Made by a program: the position numbers and the translations under genes. A stretch of DNA of 48,906 bases, filler included, from Sphacelaria rigidula (Eukaryota): the NCBI GenBank assembly GCA_964200075.2. It is 3 parts of 3 records of this genome, joined end to end, with 100 filler letters (N's around TTAATTAATTAA, not from the genome) between each part and the next. Parts side by side here need not be neighbours in the genome. Positions count along the whole stretch, not along the records: positions 1 to 16,237 come from CAXNAA020001432.1; positions 16,338 to 32,573 come from CAXNAA020001433.1; 1 more part is not named here. The stretch is one strand, 5' to 3'. The notes below the pieces were generated by a model. The model searched no databases and was not told where the DNA came from. It was given only the letters and a program-made list of their open reading frames with translations. Of this stretch, positions 10,744 to 31,449 are shown one piece after another. How positions within the stretch are numbered: the first letter of the stretch is position 1; each line of letters opens with the position of its first letter.

Positions 10744-13700
10744 ATGGATACTACCGACGCACCGCAAATGATGGAGCACATCCACAAGTCCATTACCTTT
10801 ACACCAAACGACACCAGATGGGTGCCCTGCAGCGCCAGGTTTGTTGTCACCGGAATACATCCTCGAGCTAAGGGCGCTCTAGTGGTGAGAGATTGTTCCT
10901 TACCGTATATAGAAGTGACGGAGGATAACACCCCCAGTTGATGTTTTTTCAGCCTTGACTGATAGCAAAACAGGACATTCCATCCTCAAGAGAGACCCTA
11001 TTCATGAAGGAATGCATGCAATGATATCTTTCCAATGATACCGCTTTCGGTGTGCTCGCTTCAGCTTTCAGGAAAGTCGGGGTAAAAAATGCAAAACAAT
11101 TCCGCTGGGGTGTGCCGATTTCCGATTCCTCTGGGGCTGCACTCTTGGCTCGCGAGCACGGTGGTAACAAAGAACTGAGGGCAGATCGGTACCGCTTGAT
11201 TAGTCCCCGACATCTGATGTATTTAATCAATTGTATTGATGGTCGGACTCCAGTGGATGAGGTTCAGACTGCAACTACTAGGAAGCTTCAAAGTCCGACT
11301 TGGATTTTCCGGACGCGCGCCATCTACGACGTAGGGTGGCAGGGCGTTTACGTAGTGGAATAGAAGCGCACCGCTGAGGGGCTCAGCGGCAACCACTGCT
11401 GTTCACCGTTGTTTTCGTCATACAGGGGAGCTCAGGCGAATAACATGGGCAATCTCATGTACACGGTTCGAGCATGATGGTTCGTAGTTTTAAAAGGCGA
11501 GCCTGGAGGCCTGAAATTCCGTAACCGGTCAACCATTTTTTGCACCAATTCTAACATGTATAGGTGTACGAGCTCAACAAGGGAAACTTGAAGCTAGTGG
11601 CGGAGCGGGAGACGGCGTCGGGGATCAAGTGCTGCACCTTCGGAGCCTCATCGCTCGAGGAGCGACACTTGGTGAGCTGCTTAAGCGGCCTGAATTCAAA
11701 GCAAAATCAAACGGCAACATTCAAGCCAGTATCTTCGGCGCATCAACATCGTTATCCTTGTTTTGAGGATGGAACACACCATTATTTTCCATCGTAGCCT
11801 AGAACGCATCGCCGTGTCCTGCTGCAACTACAGCGGTGATTTCTCGTGTGCAACCATTACATACGCTCGCCACCTCCACCTCGACTACCACCAATATCAC
11901 CTCGTTCCGGCACAGGCATGTGGAGACTACAGCGGGAAAGTGGCAATCTACGACTTAGAACGAAACGATGTAGCGCTGTGGTCGGCCCAATCGCACAAGT
12001 CAATAATAAACGCTATCGATGGCTTGGGGGGACCGGAGTCAACTTACGGTGCTCCTGAATTAGTCACGGGTGGGAGGGACGGATGCGTGAAAGTGTGGGA
12101 TCCCCGAGTGAAGGGACCCGTCGTGAGAATAGAGCCTCGCGAAGGAGAGGTGAGAGCGCGTGCGATGCTGCTTCCACGTTGACATCCCAGTTACACTTTT
12201 GGTGGCACTGTGATCCATCGTCATGTCACTTGCGTAGCACCGTACTTTCTGATCTCGTTGAATGCCTTGGAGCCCTTTTTTGCTCGGAGAGACATTGAAC
12301 ATATCTCGAGGAAGGTGTAAGTTTGCATGTGCTTCCCAGCTGGAAAATGTACACGCCAACTGTTCATATGTTTATTTTCTCGAGCGCTTCGAACATACGG
12401 TGCGCTTCAACGAGCTACAACTACAACATCTGTTCATTATTGTACCGAGAACAAATATCAATATTCACTTCAGATCCACACGATACCCAACATTGCCAGA
12501 ATACGTACACCAATCGTTCATTTGCTCCCAAATTCATTCTGTTTTCGAACTTTCCAACTCATTGTGCATGCACCACATCGAATCTACTTTCCAATAACAG
12601 ACCGCCCGCGACTGCTGGACGGTAGCCTTTGGGAACGCGTGTTCCGACGAGGATCGATGCTTAGCCGCCGGCTACGACAATGGTGACGTGAAGCTGTACG
12701 ACTTGAGAACGCAGAGCATGCGGTGGGAAACGAACGTGAAAAATGGGGTGACCGCAGTGGACTTCGACCGGAACGATATAGAGATGAACAAGGTATGTGT
12801 AGTTAATGCTGTTTTTTCGTGTGACGAGATAATTGGCTTTGCTACTCTTTGCTGTCGTTTCTCTCGTGGCTTTCATTCGTGGGGATCCTTCCTGCTTGCT
12901 ATGAGGCTTCCTGTGGTTATGGTGAATCGAAAAGCGATAGCCCTGTTTCCTGCGTCGTTTAGGGGATTTCACAGTGTAGAATGCACGTGTTAATGGGTTG
13001 GTCGTTTCGCGGCGAGTTTACCGTCTTTTCCAGGCGAGTTCATGTCTTCGTGCAAAATAAAATTAGCTGGAGGCTGCGATTGGCACAATGTTGTTAATTG
13101 TTTGAGCCCGTGAACAACAAGCCAGTCGCTGTCGCGCGAAAAATGACGCAACCGGCTACAAGACGAGCCAATGACACAAGACACGATATTGTTGCCCTGA
13201 AAGAGTGGGTTTCTCTTTGCATTGACAGCAGTTGAAAGAGATACCAATAACTTAAAACGCATGGACTGGCGAGGTTAGCCTTTCAGGAACAGGAGCACAA
13301 ACAGCTGTACAGGAATAAACGGCTATTTGAAATCCTCTTTTCTTTATTGCGCGGAGTGCGAACCGATCGCATCGACATAGGGTACACCGACGGAGCGGGA
13401 GCTACCAAAGAAGCGCACCAATGAATAGAAAAGGGCACCCACAAAAGCTCCCAGAACGTTCATGTAACAGCGCTTGATCGTACGCTCGCGTACGGTTATT
13501 TGGACTGCGGTTGCAAGCCAGTAGGGTTTGAGGGTAAGTGACTTGATTTCAGTATCGCAGAGGACACAATACTCCCTGGGCTCAGCTGGGACCTCATCAG
13601 AACATTCGGTAAAGGCCTGTGAAAGCAGAAATAATGAGAAAAATAGTCGCACCCGCCCTGGGAAAGGCTAGGCAAACACGCGAAAACCAATTGACTCAGT

Positions 13701-15298
13701 GTCTTCGTCTAGTACACCCCCCGATCCCGAGCAGCCGACGGTGGCAGCGCCCTCAGCAGGTGGCGTGACATCCGCTTGCGTTGTTTGTGACGGTTCCCAG
13801 CAACTAGCCTCGGAGCGACCGCTGTTGTAGTAATGTACAGTACTTGCAGACTAGCGGCGGATCCATTCGTGAGCACATTCGCTTGCTCACCGATGAGGAG
13901 CATAATTTGGCTGCCTACCCAGGTTATCCCGGCCTATGTGGCCAGCACATGGGGGTAGCGATTGGTCTAATGTGATCACGGACAAGGTGCTTGCTGTGGG
14001 ATAAGTACCCCTAATATATGTAGCTGCCGCACTCGCATCATCCTGCGCGCTACGTTTGGCTGTCGCGGTGGCAAGAGTGAGGTGTTGCACTGTCATGTGC
14101 TGTGTTGTGTTGTGCTGTGCTGTACTGCGCTGAACTGTACTATATTATAATAAATACACATTTCGTAAGAACTTCTGCGGGGACTACCTGCACATAAAAA
14201 ATGACCACCTGCACACACATGCACGTTGGATGCTATGTTGATCAGATACCGCCGACTATATCTGCTATTACGAAAATATTGTTCGGTCGCTAGTACGCTG
14301 CGGTTGCGAAAGGGCTAAGAAGACACGAAAACAACACAGAAACTATCAAACTTGAACTTTCCCCCCCTTGTTTGACCTTCCCCGGTGATTTCATCCCAAT
14401 TTTGCAGCTTGCGGTAACTACGCTCGAGTCCAAGTTCCGGTTGTACGATATGCGAACCCAACATCCAACGGAAGGGTTCTCGTACTTGAGCGAGAAGGCG
14501 CACAAGTCTACCGTCTGGCTGGCGCGGCACCTCCCTCAGAACCGCGACCTCTTCATGACCGGAGGGGGAAACGGAGGCTTTAATTTGTACAAGTATCATT
14601 ACCCCATCTCACGCGTAAAGAAGGACAAGGTAGGATACCAAGATGTGAGGTTCCCAGTGAGATGTGCCAAAGGTCAGAGTTGTTTATGCGTGAAGAAATC
14701 GGGGGCCTGTTGTTGGACGTGTAAACGTCACATTTTCTCACGAATTTGGGGGACCCGGCGCCGATTTTGGCATGCACCGGAATTTTGAACTGCTGTATAC
14801 GTCCACGGTACTGTTTATGTTGACATTTGCGTAGCCGCGGCGCTTTTTGTTTTTCGGGAGAGTTTTGATTCTGGGTCGTTGTGGTTTGGATTGTGAGCTG
14901 GCAACCACGAAAAACTACTCTTATTGCGTTTAATGTGTAGCTTCCACTGCGCAGCTTTTTATTCCCAATTTTTCCATGAATTGTCACATGTTCCGGTTTC
15001 TTCGGACTCCCCTCCGTAAGAGATCTAGCACGTCACTGGAAATACCTCACTAACTTTGATAACTAGTGACTATTTCTGCCCTTTTTTACTGTCCCCGTGT
15101 GGTTTTTGCGCCTTTACATTACAGGATAACGTCGACATGGGGGTGGTCGGTAGCGTAGAGCTACTCAACTCCCGGGTGATATCCTCACAGCCGATCGTGA
15201 GCTTTGATTGGTCACCAGACCGAGAGGGACTGTGCTGCCTCAGCTGCCTTGACCAAACCGTACGCGTCTACATCGTCACGAAGCTAGGGAAGTTCTAG
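10744..15298 (+). CDS. WDR92: WD repeat-containing protein 92 (Monad / dynein axonemal assembly factor 10), 6 exons, 356 aa
   Basis: Exons 10744-10884, 11564-11671, 11916-12149, 12601-12792, 14408-14629 and 15125-15298, all GT-AG and all phase 0. Motifs [87 protein letters not shown] and FDWSPD..GL..DQTVRV match WDR92 family members from memory. Confidence 0.95.
14095..14140. repeat. Degenerate (CTGTG)n microsatellite in WDR92 intron 4
   Basis: tgtgctgtgttgtgttgtgctgtgctgtactgcgctgaactgtac. Confidence 0.7.
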
Positions 15299-15543
15299 AA
15301 GTCTCGCTTGTATCCTTGTAGCGGGAAGTTTTCTTGGCAACGCTCTTCGTGCCAATTCTTTGTGGGATTCTTTGTATTCCGTATGGAGTGAGAACAGGTA
15401 CCGTCATGATCGGGTCGTGTAGCTCGTCAGTCAACTTTGCCGAATGCTATACGCTCACCATCCATGGTGCCACCAATAGCGCTTTGGATGTGCGACGAGA
15501 CATTCATCTGCACCTTGTCGTGCGAGAGTTGTCTTTGAATGAG

Positions 15544-15602
15544 CGTGCCGTGCCGTGCCGTGCCGTGCCGTGCCGTGCCGTGCCGTGCCGTGCCGTGCCG
15601 TG
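15544..15602. repeat. (GTGCC)n microsatellite, ~11.5 units, in the probable WDR92 3' UTR
   Basis: Perfect pentanucleotide tandem repeat about 250 bp after the WDR92 stop. Confidence 0.95.
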
Positions 15603-16170
15603 TCTTGGTTCTGCGGACTGCAGCTCGTTGTAATGTCTTGATCTTCTGTCATCTTTTTGTTGCCCTGTCGCCCCTTTCGGACAGGGTTATCTGTTTCAGT
15701 TTGTGTTGGATTGCGTGAGCCCGATTACCGGCCATACAGACCTGTAGTCTGTAGCCAAGGGGGGCATGTACTTTGTAAGGCATTGGTCTCTATAAACACG
15801 AAAGCAGCTCGCCCACGATTGTTTCGGGAACATGTAGCCGCACGCAAGGACTCATGCTAGACCCTTGTTGCGCGCAGCATGCGCCTTGTTGCAAGTAATT
15901 GAAGAATATTGTACAGCACGTTGACCGCGCGAAAGATGTAGACCTTTCTCCGGTATGGCCACATTCAGTCATGTCAATCCGATGAGTCTTGCCAGTGTTG
16001 CTATTCCCAAGCTGCGTTTTTGCTGCTTCGCTGTGGAGGCACTTTCTACAACCGAACGAATTCAAGCGTGGGAATTCCCAGCTGCTCGTCGTGCTCGGTC
16101 TTTACCGTTGCAATTTATGTGAAGATGTTGCTTCCCCAAACCAGGCACTTTTGGGGGGGGGGGGGCTATC

Positions 16171-16237
16171 GACAGTGTTTTCGTGAGATTGAGAGTAGAT
16201 GATACGATTGAGAGTGAAAAGCGGTCAATCAGTGAAT
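16171..16237. mobile_element. MITE family A, copy 3, reversed and cut by the assembly gap
   Basis: gacagtgttttcgtgagattgagagtagatgatacgattgagagtgaaaagcggtcaat is a close reverse complement of the right end of copy 2. Confidence 0.75.
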
Positions 16238-16337
16238 NNNNNNNNNNNNNNNNNNNNNNNNNNNNNNNNNNNNNNNNNNNNTTAATTAATTAANNNNNNN
16301 NNNNNNNNNNNNNNNNNNNNNNNNNNNNNNNNNNNNN
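16238..16337. other. Artificial contig linker (44 N + TTAATTAATTAA + 44 N)
   Basis: 100-bp spacer whose core has stop codons in all six frames; identical to 32574-32673. Confidence 0.95.
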
Positions 16338-18791
16338 AGCGGCAGGGTGCAGGATGACAAAGCATACCACAGAACGCCACATCCTCAGCCTACCCCTGTG
16401 CTGCATTGATTTCGCGCTGTCCTATGCAGTTCGCCACATCATGCACGCAACCACTTGTATCTGCGGTCAACGCGCACGCGGGATATCATTTTGTTAAGCT
16501 GTTCGTGTTGTAGCTACAGCGTGCGTTTGCCCCAGGTTGCGCATACAGGAGTGAAAGGCCGCTTCTGCTGCTGTCATGACTACCTGTATCTTGGGCGAAA
16601 ATAAAATTATTAATTATGTCCGAGCGTTCAAGATCAGCACCCTGCAAGCACTGAGGGCTCGTTCGAAATCAGCTGAAGAAATGAAACATCGGACATGTTT
16701 TGTCTCACTGTACTGCAGCACGAACACACTCACTTCCGCCCTCATGTGCTGTAGCTATCACTGTTCTAGGGTGTGTTTAGACCTTGCGTAGACGGTTTGG
16801 TCTCCGCTGAGATTGCTTGATGTGCTGTGTTGTTGTGTTCGTCTCTCTGTAACCAAGCTGTAACATATGGTATCATTCAGGACGTAGTGCTGTCTACACA
16901 TTTGACGGTTGAAAATTTAAAATTTCAACTTACCCGGACCCATCATTTGCGTGATACCGAGCACTGCTGGGTTAAGGCACGCAACCAGCACCAGTATACA
17001 CCGCTGGACCGGCTGGGCCAGACCCCATGCTCCAATGATGGGAGCGACGCACAGCACTGTGCGGATATACTACACCGCCAGGGTACTGCTTGCACCCGTC
17101 AGCATGACGGCTGCTGCCGTTGGCAATCGGCGCCAGCGTTCGCGGCGACGGCAAGATTAATTTAGCAACAAGAGAAGCTGATGCATACTGTGTACAGTCC
17201 GTCTTCAGGTTTCAAAACAAAAAAACACTGCAGAACTGCCATGTTGTCTTGTGTTCTGTGTAGTACTCTGCACTCCATACACCACTGCACAGTTATATTG
17301 TTTTCAGGTTACTACCCTGTACTCCATATAGTGGCGTTATGGTTCGAGTAATTTCTCGAAATGTTCTTGTTTTTTTCAAAAGCTCTCCTCGTTTTTTGAA
17401 GAATATTCCGGAAATATGAGATTGTTTTCTGCCACAAATATCTAATGCCGAATCTGGAATAGCCTGACACAACAACCAATTTGAATTGGAATTCCATTCA
17501 GCACGTATTTTGCTGTGGTCAGCTTCTTTTAGCCTCGGCGCAGTATAATTAAGGGGAGTGTGTCTGCTAGTTGTGTGACTTTACCCACGTTACGTGCCGT
17601 GCCATGTCGGGTTTGTTGTACATGCGTGTTTCTTACCAGGAGCTGAGCGACGTGTGCATCTATGCATGCCGCCTATCGGATGTATGTGGATTAAATATTA
17701 CCAATATACTCCAAAACGAAGATGTCGTAGGTCGCAGCTGCAGGTGAGAGCGGATACGTCGCTGTTAAGGGGGATCATACAGAACCAGAGGAGAAACCAA
17801 TTTGTAGCTCGCTCTTCCCTGTGCGTCGTTTCGTCGAATATAAAGTTGCAAAAGGTGCGGGTCGTTTCTGACGTCATTTCTTCGAAGATCCGTTTCTCCC
17901 ATGTAAGTTCTAGCTGAGCGGCGTATGCTAGTGGCAGATTCGTTCGCCTTCCGCAGGAGCTCGTCGATTGCAACAAAGCAATTTACCAGTTGAAGACTCT
18001 CTTCCCGGGATGTGAGTAGTGTTGCGAGCGAACCACTTCAGAACAGGTGCAAATTCAGGAACACCGGATATGTACTACAAATGCATAATCCCCACAACAA
18101 AACCGTAACAGTGTTGTCCTCCGCTTTTTGTTTTTCCGTGGCGTGTGCGTTGAGCACCTGGCTCAAGTCAACTACGTGAGCCCCCTTTTCATGGAGGAAG
18201 TCCCTATGATGTACAAGACGGCTTGTGTTCTACGGTATTTTTGTATCAAGTTCATGTTACCCACTGCACTGTCGCTCGACCTAACCCGACCTGTCACCTA
18301 TTGCCTGCCAGTGCAACGCACGTCGAATACCCGACGCAACACAACAATGCCTCCGTAGCCACAGTCATGCGCCCATAGGTTGAAAACATGAAGAAGTATG
18401 CTGCCCTGCTGGTGCACACGTCCAGCAAGTGATAAAACCACCCATCGCCCTAACCTTGACCCATCACACGAAACACTCGTACACGAAAAGGCCAGACAAG
18501 GAATGCGCGGATGAAAATCGGTTCTATGGATTATTCCGTCTATTATTGTTGATCTCACTTGTGGAACGTCATGAGCATCACCGTACATGAGTAGCTAAAC
18601 CTCGTCTAATCATCACTTGTCCAAACATGAAACGCACTGACCTTGATCTAAAACAGCGCGCTTTACGCGGTCTAAAACAGCTTCCATATAAAATATGTTG
18701 CGGGACACCTGACGTGAAGCAAAATACAATCATTTATCGTTTCTTCTTCATTGTAGTCTGCGGCGAAACTGAAGCCAGATGATGAGACGAC

Positions 18792-26489
<7,698 letters not shown>

Positions 26490-26710
26490 CTGGAACATAA
26501 GCGCGCAAAGATATCATATCAACGGATTGGGACAAATATGTTACGACCGCCGAGATCGGAATACTACGGGGTAAGGCTACTTCTTATGTATGAAAAAATA
26601 AAGCTTGTTGAAAAGTGCATTTTTAGCCCTTCTCCGTCGTTTTCCCCCCGAAAAGAGGGTAAAGCGGTTGTTGACACCTTGGGATGACTTGCTCTACTCG
26701 CTGGGACGGT

Positions 26711-26908
26711 TCCAGAGCACACATGCGTTCCCCGTAGGTCACGGTGTCGTTTATGGCCAAACTTGCACTTTCGATGACAAACGGTCAAGTTATCTAAAAA
26801 CAGGGGGAAAGCTGACATTTTTTCGGTACCTCGACCGTTTGCTATCGAAAATGCAAGTTTGGATAAAAACGAAACCGTGACCTACGGGAAGCACATGTGT
26901 GCTCTGGA
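26711..26908. mobile_element. Foldback MITE with ~85-bp imperfect TIRs
   Basis: tccagagcacacatgcgttccccgtaggtcacggt... pairs with ...accgtgacctacgggaagcacatgtgtgctctgga. Flanks are acggt/ccggt. Confidence 0.85.
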
Positions 26909-27187
26909 CCGGTCTGGGATTTTTTTCACAACATGTCCAACAGTGGAGAGCGACTATGTCGTGGGTACACAAAAGGCGACTTAACGGTCGACGAGGGAAA
27001 GGGACTGCTGAACCTCTCTCGCGATAGAAAATACAAGTCAAGCACCGCAGAAGGAAGGGGGGGGACCGAAACAAAGAAGAAAGAAAAAGCTCCTGCGTTG
27101 TCCTTCCTCCTGTGCGACCCCGGCTGGTTTTGCCCACATATACCGAAAGGTGTAGCCCGGCGTCCAGAATAGATGGGAAGACCACAC
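26909..27187 (+). mobile_element. SINE family copy lacking a recognisable head
   Basis: Colinear with 30375-30630 (ccaacagtggagagcga...caagcaccgcagaaggaagg...aaaaagctcctg...accgaaaggtgtag). Confidence 0.8.
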
Positions 27188-28320
27188 CCCTTCGTGGCGA
27201 GGATCTTCAAAAAGTAACCAGTAGTCCATCGGGTTGTACACTCACTGTTAATAGTACATCTGCGGTCCCTCCGAACAGCTGTTGTGGTGGTCTATATCAG
27301 GGTGCATATAGTCATTTGATTTGTTGCCCACTGCCCGATGGCACTGCGAATCCCTTCGTGTCATGTGTCTTTTCTTTTTTTGTCTTTTCCTCTTCTTTTC
27401 CTTTTCTGTCGGTGTGCTTTTCTTAGCAGGTGTGTTTTTTTTTGTTACCCCGTTGATCTCGGGGAAGTTACTTCTCATGTTTTTCTTGGCGTTTTTGGTA
27501 CTATTTTAGTTGATTGCGTTTGTTCTTGTTATTAGGCTGGTGTCTGAAAAAAAATGATGGAGGACTCCATGTCTTGTAAGGAATAGCAGGGACGGTATTG
27601 GAAAGACGGGTCTTCGTCTGTGACCACGGGTTCGAGAGATCGGACTAATGTCCGGAAATATAATTACAATAATAAGGCATAAAACTTCCTGATAGAACTT
27701 CCTCGAATTTTTTTTATTTCGAATCACTGTAACCCCTAGTCCTACCCCTAATCCTCAGGGCATACCGAGAACCCTCGGCAAGGGGGGCGCACAGTACCGT
27801 GTTTCGTAGGTGGAGAGTGCGATGCTAGACCTCAAATCGGCGTCGACATAACCCTTAATCGCGATGCTGGTAGTCCATCTGGACCACACATACTTCTTCA
27901 AGTGAATGTTGATGCCGATTCAGCAGGTGACCTACCCTCGCGGTCAAACGATAACGCGTTTTGTGCACGCTAGGAGCACAGCCCCCACTGAAGATCCGGA
28001 TTTCGGTGTCTACAAGTGGTGAACTCACTGTTGCGAGAAGTGGGCTGAGTTCTCCAATGCAGATTTGCCCGCTTGCTTGAGGAGGGTCCGCGCCAGTTCG
28101 TCTCCAAATGAGCCTTAGATGTTACATCTCAACCCTGAACCTAACCTCAACCCCTACCCGAGTCATACCGAAAACCCTCCGGCGAGGGGGTGCGTATGCT
28201 CTGTATTGGAAAAAGGAAATGCCTCCTAAGCACGCTTGAAAGGAAGCACTCGAGACTGTCAGCCCCAAGAAAGACCCAAATGTCGGTATTGGCACTCTAT
28301 TAGACCAAAATGCAAAGCGT

Positions 28321-28420
28321 GTACCGGGGAGAGATGGGTTGATCCCTCGAGACCACGGACTCGTCCCAAGGAGAGGGGTTCGAAGTGCGATAAATAAAAA
28401 TAAATAATAGTGATAATAGT
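28321..28420 (+). mobile_element. Retroposon-like 3' end with (TAAA)n tail; second copy at 31050-31143 (minus)
   Basis: gtaccggggagagatgggttgatccctcgagaccacggactc...ggggttcgaagtgcgataaataaaaataaat matches the reverse complement of 31050-31143. Confidence 0.7.
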
Positions 28421-29751
28421 AGATAAAATGAAACAAATCGAGTCATTTCATCCATGGCTAATTTGGAGGCGAACTGAGGTAATCTCTACTGGCTTGCTAA
28501 GCGCACCAGTGCTTTCTTCTCGTGTAGCGATGTTATTTTCGTTACTTTTTGGGGGGGGGAATCCTCAGAAGAAACCTCTCAAGGTGAGGGCTTCTATCTC
28601 TTGCGCGGAAAAGTGTCGGTACCGGAAAGGCGAGCCTACCTCCGCGTCGGTGACCACGGATTCGGGAGATCGGGCTAATGTGCGGAAATCAAACCTGATC
28701 ATAATCAAGCACGCATGTGCCTGCTGAGATTCAAGTAAGGGGCAAAGGCTAGAAAAGGTATACAGTCACGTTTTTTACCTGTAAAAGGCGTTGTTCCTGA
28801 CCAGATGTGCAGAATTGGAAAAACTTGCTAGAAATCCCGTTTCCATAGGAACTATCACATCAACTCGAGATATGTGTACGAGCTAGGCCAGCTTAAAAGC
28901 TGCTAAAACTTGCTCACACCACAGCTTCCCCATTTTCCCGAATGAACCCTAACCCTAAGCATATCACTGTGAACGACACCGCCGCTGAATGAAAAGAAAA
29001 ATTGAAAAAAACCCGTCCTGCATAATGTATGACCTTAACGACAGGTGAAAAAAAAGAGAGACTGTCGGGATTCGAACTCATGACCTCCATATTTCGAGTC
29101 TCCCTTCACTTGATTTGTAGGGGTGCAGCAGCGTCACGGAAAATGTTGAACGCACGGCCAAACTCGACGAGTCTTGAGCAGAAATTTCAGGAAGATCTTA
29201 TGCACCCAAGGAACTGATACTTCACGCGTCCAGCTGCAGATTCTCGTTCTTTTCCTGGACTTATGACATATCTTGTTTTTGCTGAAATTCCAAATGCCCA
29301 TAACTTTTTTTTTTTTCTTTGCTGGTTCCGTGATCTTCTGCATTCCAATAATGAACAGTTGCTGTCAAAATTTCAGCGTCCAGCTCCTAATATCGCGCCG
29401 TGCGTCGCCTGAGTGAGATGCACACCTACTCTTGGCTGGCCCAGTTCGTAGCGCCTGGACCTTGGAACATTACGCGAAAATGATGCTTTCTCGCCCCGTA
29501 CGGCCCATGTGCAGAACGGATTTTGTCCTTTACTCCACCCTGTACCCTCGCTGGACGGAAATGCCAGAGATTTACCGATTGTGGGGTTTACTTTATCTGA
29601 ATACTTTTTTTAGGAGACCCTCCCGACCGTGTCTGGTTCGGTATGGATTTCACATACACCAGAATCCAAGCGGCAATTCCAACTCTTGGACACGTTAGTT
29701 TTCCGCGTGTCTGGAAAGACTCTGGAACTACCTACTGTACTCCACGTGCAT

Positions 29752-29908
29752 ATGTGTTGTTGTGTTGTCATCCCGTCTATTCGGAATGCCAGCCTACAAC
29801 TTTTGGTATATGTGGGCGTACCAGCCGGGGTCACAAACGAGGAAGGCCAACACAGGAGTTTTTTTCAATCTTGTTTTTAGTCCTCCACCTTCCTCCTGCG
29901 GTGCATGC
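29752..29908 (-). mobile_element. SINE family 3' fragment, reverse orientation
   Basis: Reverse complement matches ~27040-27187 and ends in a CAACA-type tail. Confidence 0.75.
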
Positions 29909-30002
29909 AGTAGACAACCCGCATCGGCTCTCCGTAGGCTCTCGCCTGAATGTGCCGTCACCAATCAGGGCTTGCTTGCATATGAGAGCGTTTGTCATGG
30001 TT

Positions 30003-30103
30003 TGCATTCATGGGGGGCGTTCTCATGTGTTGCTTGCCTTAGTCGTTTGACCATTGACCACGCATCCCTTTCGAGACGGAGCAATGCATTCATGGGGGGG
30101 CGT
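30003..30103 (-). mobile_element. 64-bp 3' tip of the same LINE family with ~18-bp TSD
   Basis: 30021-30084 is a close reverse complement of ~22255-22315 (APSRKGCVVNGQTTKASNT*). It is flanked by tgcattcat(g)6-7cgt at 30003-30020 and 30085-30103. Confidence 0.85.
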
Positions 30104-30147
30104 ATTTTCCACTTTCAAGGTATTTGACACGGTTTTCTGGCCCCCAT

Positions 30148-30667
30148 GCCGGTCGCCCCGGTGGCTCAGTTGGAAACCTCGAAACCGTCTGACGGTTGGG
30201 TTGTGGGTTCGAATCTCGGAGCGATCTGGGATTTTTTCTCTCACACCATGCCCAACAGTGGTGAGTGACTATGTCGGGAGTACAAAAAATTGACTTCATG
30301 GTCGGTCGCCCTGGTGGCTCAGTTGGTCGCCTCGAAACCCTCTAACGGTTGAGTTGTGGGTTCGAATCTCGAAGCGGTCTCGGATTTCTTCTCTCATACT
30401 ATGCCCAACAGTGGAGAGCGATTGTGTCGTGGGTACGAAAAATTCGGCTTCATGGTGGACGAGAGGAAGGGACCGCTGAACCCCTCTCGTGATAAAAAAA
30501 TTAAGGCAAGCACCGCAGAAGGAAGGTGGGGTGCTAAGAACAAATAGAAAAAGAAAAAGCTCCTGTGTTGGCCTTCCTCCTGTGTGACTCCGGCTGGAGT
30601 GCCCACATTTACCGAAAGGTGTAGACCGGCGACACACTCACACACAGACACACATACATACATACAC
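30148..30667 (+). mobile_element. tRNA-derived SINE with tandemly duplicated 153-bp head and CA/CATA microsatellite tail
   Basis: A boxes tggctcagttgg at 30162-30173 and 30315-30326; B boxes ggttcgaatc at 30206-30215 and 30359-30368. The body is shared with 26909-27187. Tail acacactcacacacagacacacatacatacatacac. Confidence 0.85.
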
Positions 30668-31049
30668 GAGCAGGGAATATCGCCATCACATGTCTCTGGG
30701 AAAATTATATCCCATGTGGAGGGAAATAAAAATCCACCCACACCTTTTATTATGACCGATCTTGTGCGTTTTATCTCGGGAGCCCACTTTTTTTTCATCT
30801 GAGACGGTTACGGGTGTTTGCGAATAAAGTCGAGCCTGCACGTGTGCAGGCAGAAGTTATGTCCTCTGCATGTGCGTGCAGCCTTAAATCTTACAGTCAA
30901 GATGGTCTAGGACTGAACACATCGCCAACATCACCGCTGCCAAATGCGAGCCTGCCTCCCGTTGTGGCGAACAGATTATTGACTACCTCGTACCGTAATA
31001 CTGTTGTTTGTGTGCAAAGTATAGGGTGTTTGTATCCTTGGACTACTAC

Positions 31050-31143
31050 TTTATTATTTATTTATTTGTCGCACTTTGAACCCCTCCCCTTCCTCAGGAT
31101 GAGTCCGTGGTCTCAAGGGATCAACCCATCTCTCCCTCGGTAC
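31050..31143 (-). mobile_element. Second copy of the (TAAA)n-tailed retroposon end
   Basis: Reverse-complement match to 28321-28420; it interrupts a GTAC-rich repeat tract. Confidence 0.7.
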
Positions 31144-31449
31144 AACACTGTTGTATTTGCAAAGTACAGCAACTACCTCGTTCTGTGTTCGCAAGTACAG
31201 CCTGTACTTGTAACCTTGCACCACTGTGCTTGCAGAGTACAGCCTGTAGTCGGAAATACAGTATTATAGTTCAAGGATGCAAGTACAGCCGGTACTTGTA
31301 CTGTGTTTGTAAAGGAAAGACTCTACTTGTACCCTCGTTCTGTTCGCAAAATACACGACCTGCAATTGTACCGTTGTATAGTAGTTACTTTGTCTTCAAG
31401 GATTACAAAATTCATCACTCGTACAAACTTGAAGTGTGCACCGCTTCAT

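Noticed and set aside
16282-16293. TTAATTAATTAA palindrome, repeated at 32618-32629
   Set aside because: Centred in symmetric N runs, so it is an artificial all-frame stop linker. Adjacency across these gaps is not guaranteed.
29425-29550. WAVRGE on the minus strand as the missing AlaAT YAVRG exon
   Set aside because: The flanking residues do not resemble AlaAT and the splice phases do not fit.
30148-30380. Two tRNA genes
   Set aside because: A and B boxes are present, but there is no pairing acceptor stem and both continue into a dispersed repeat body. They are SINE heads.
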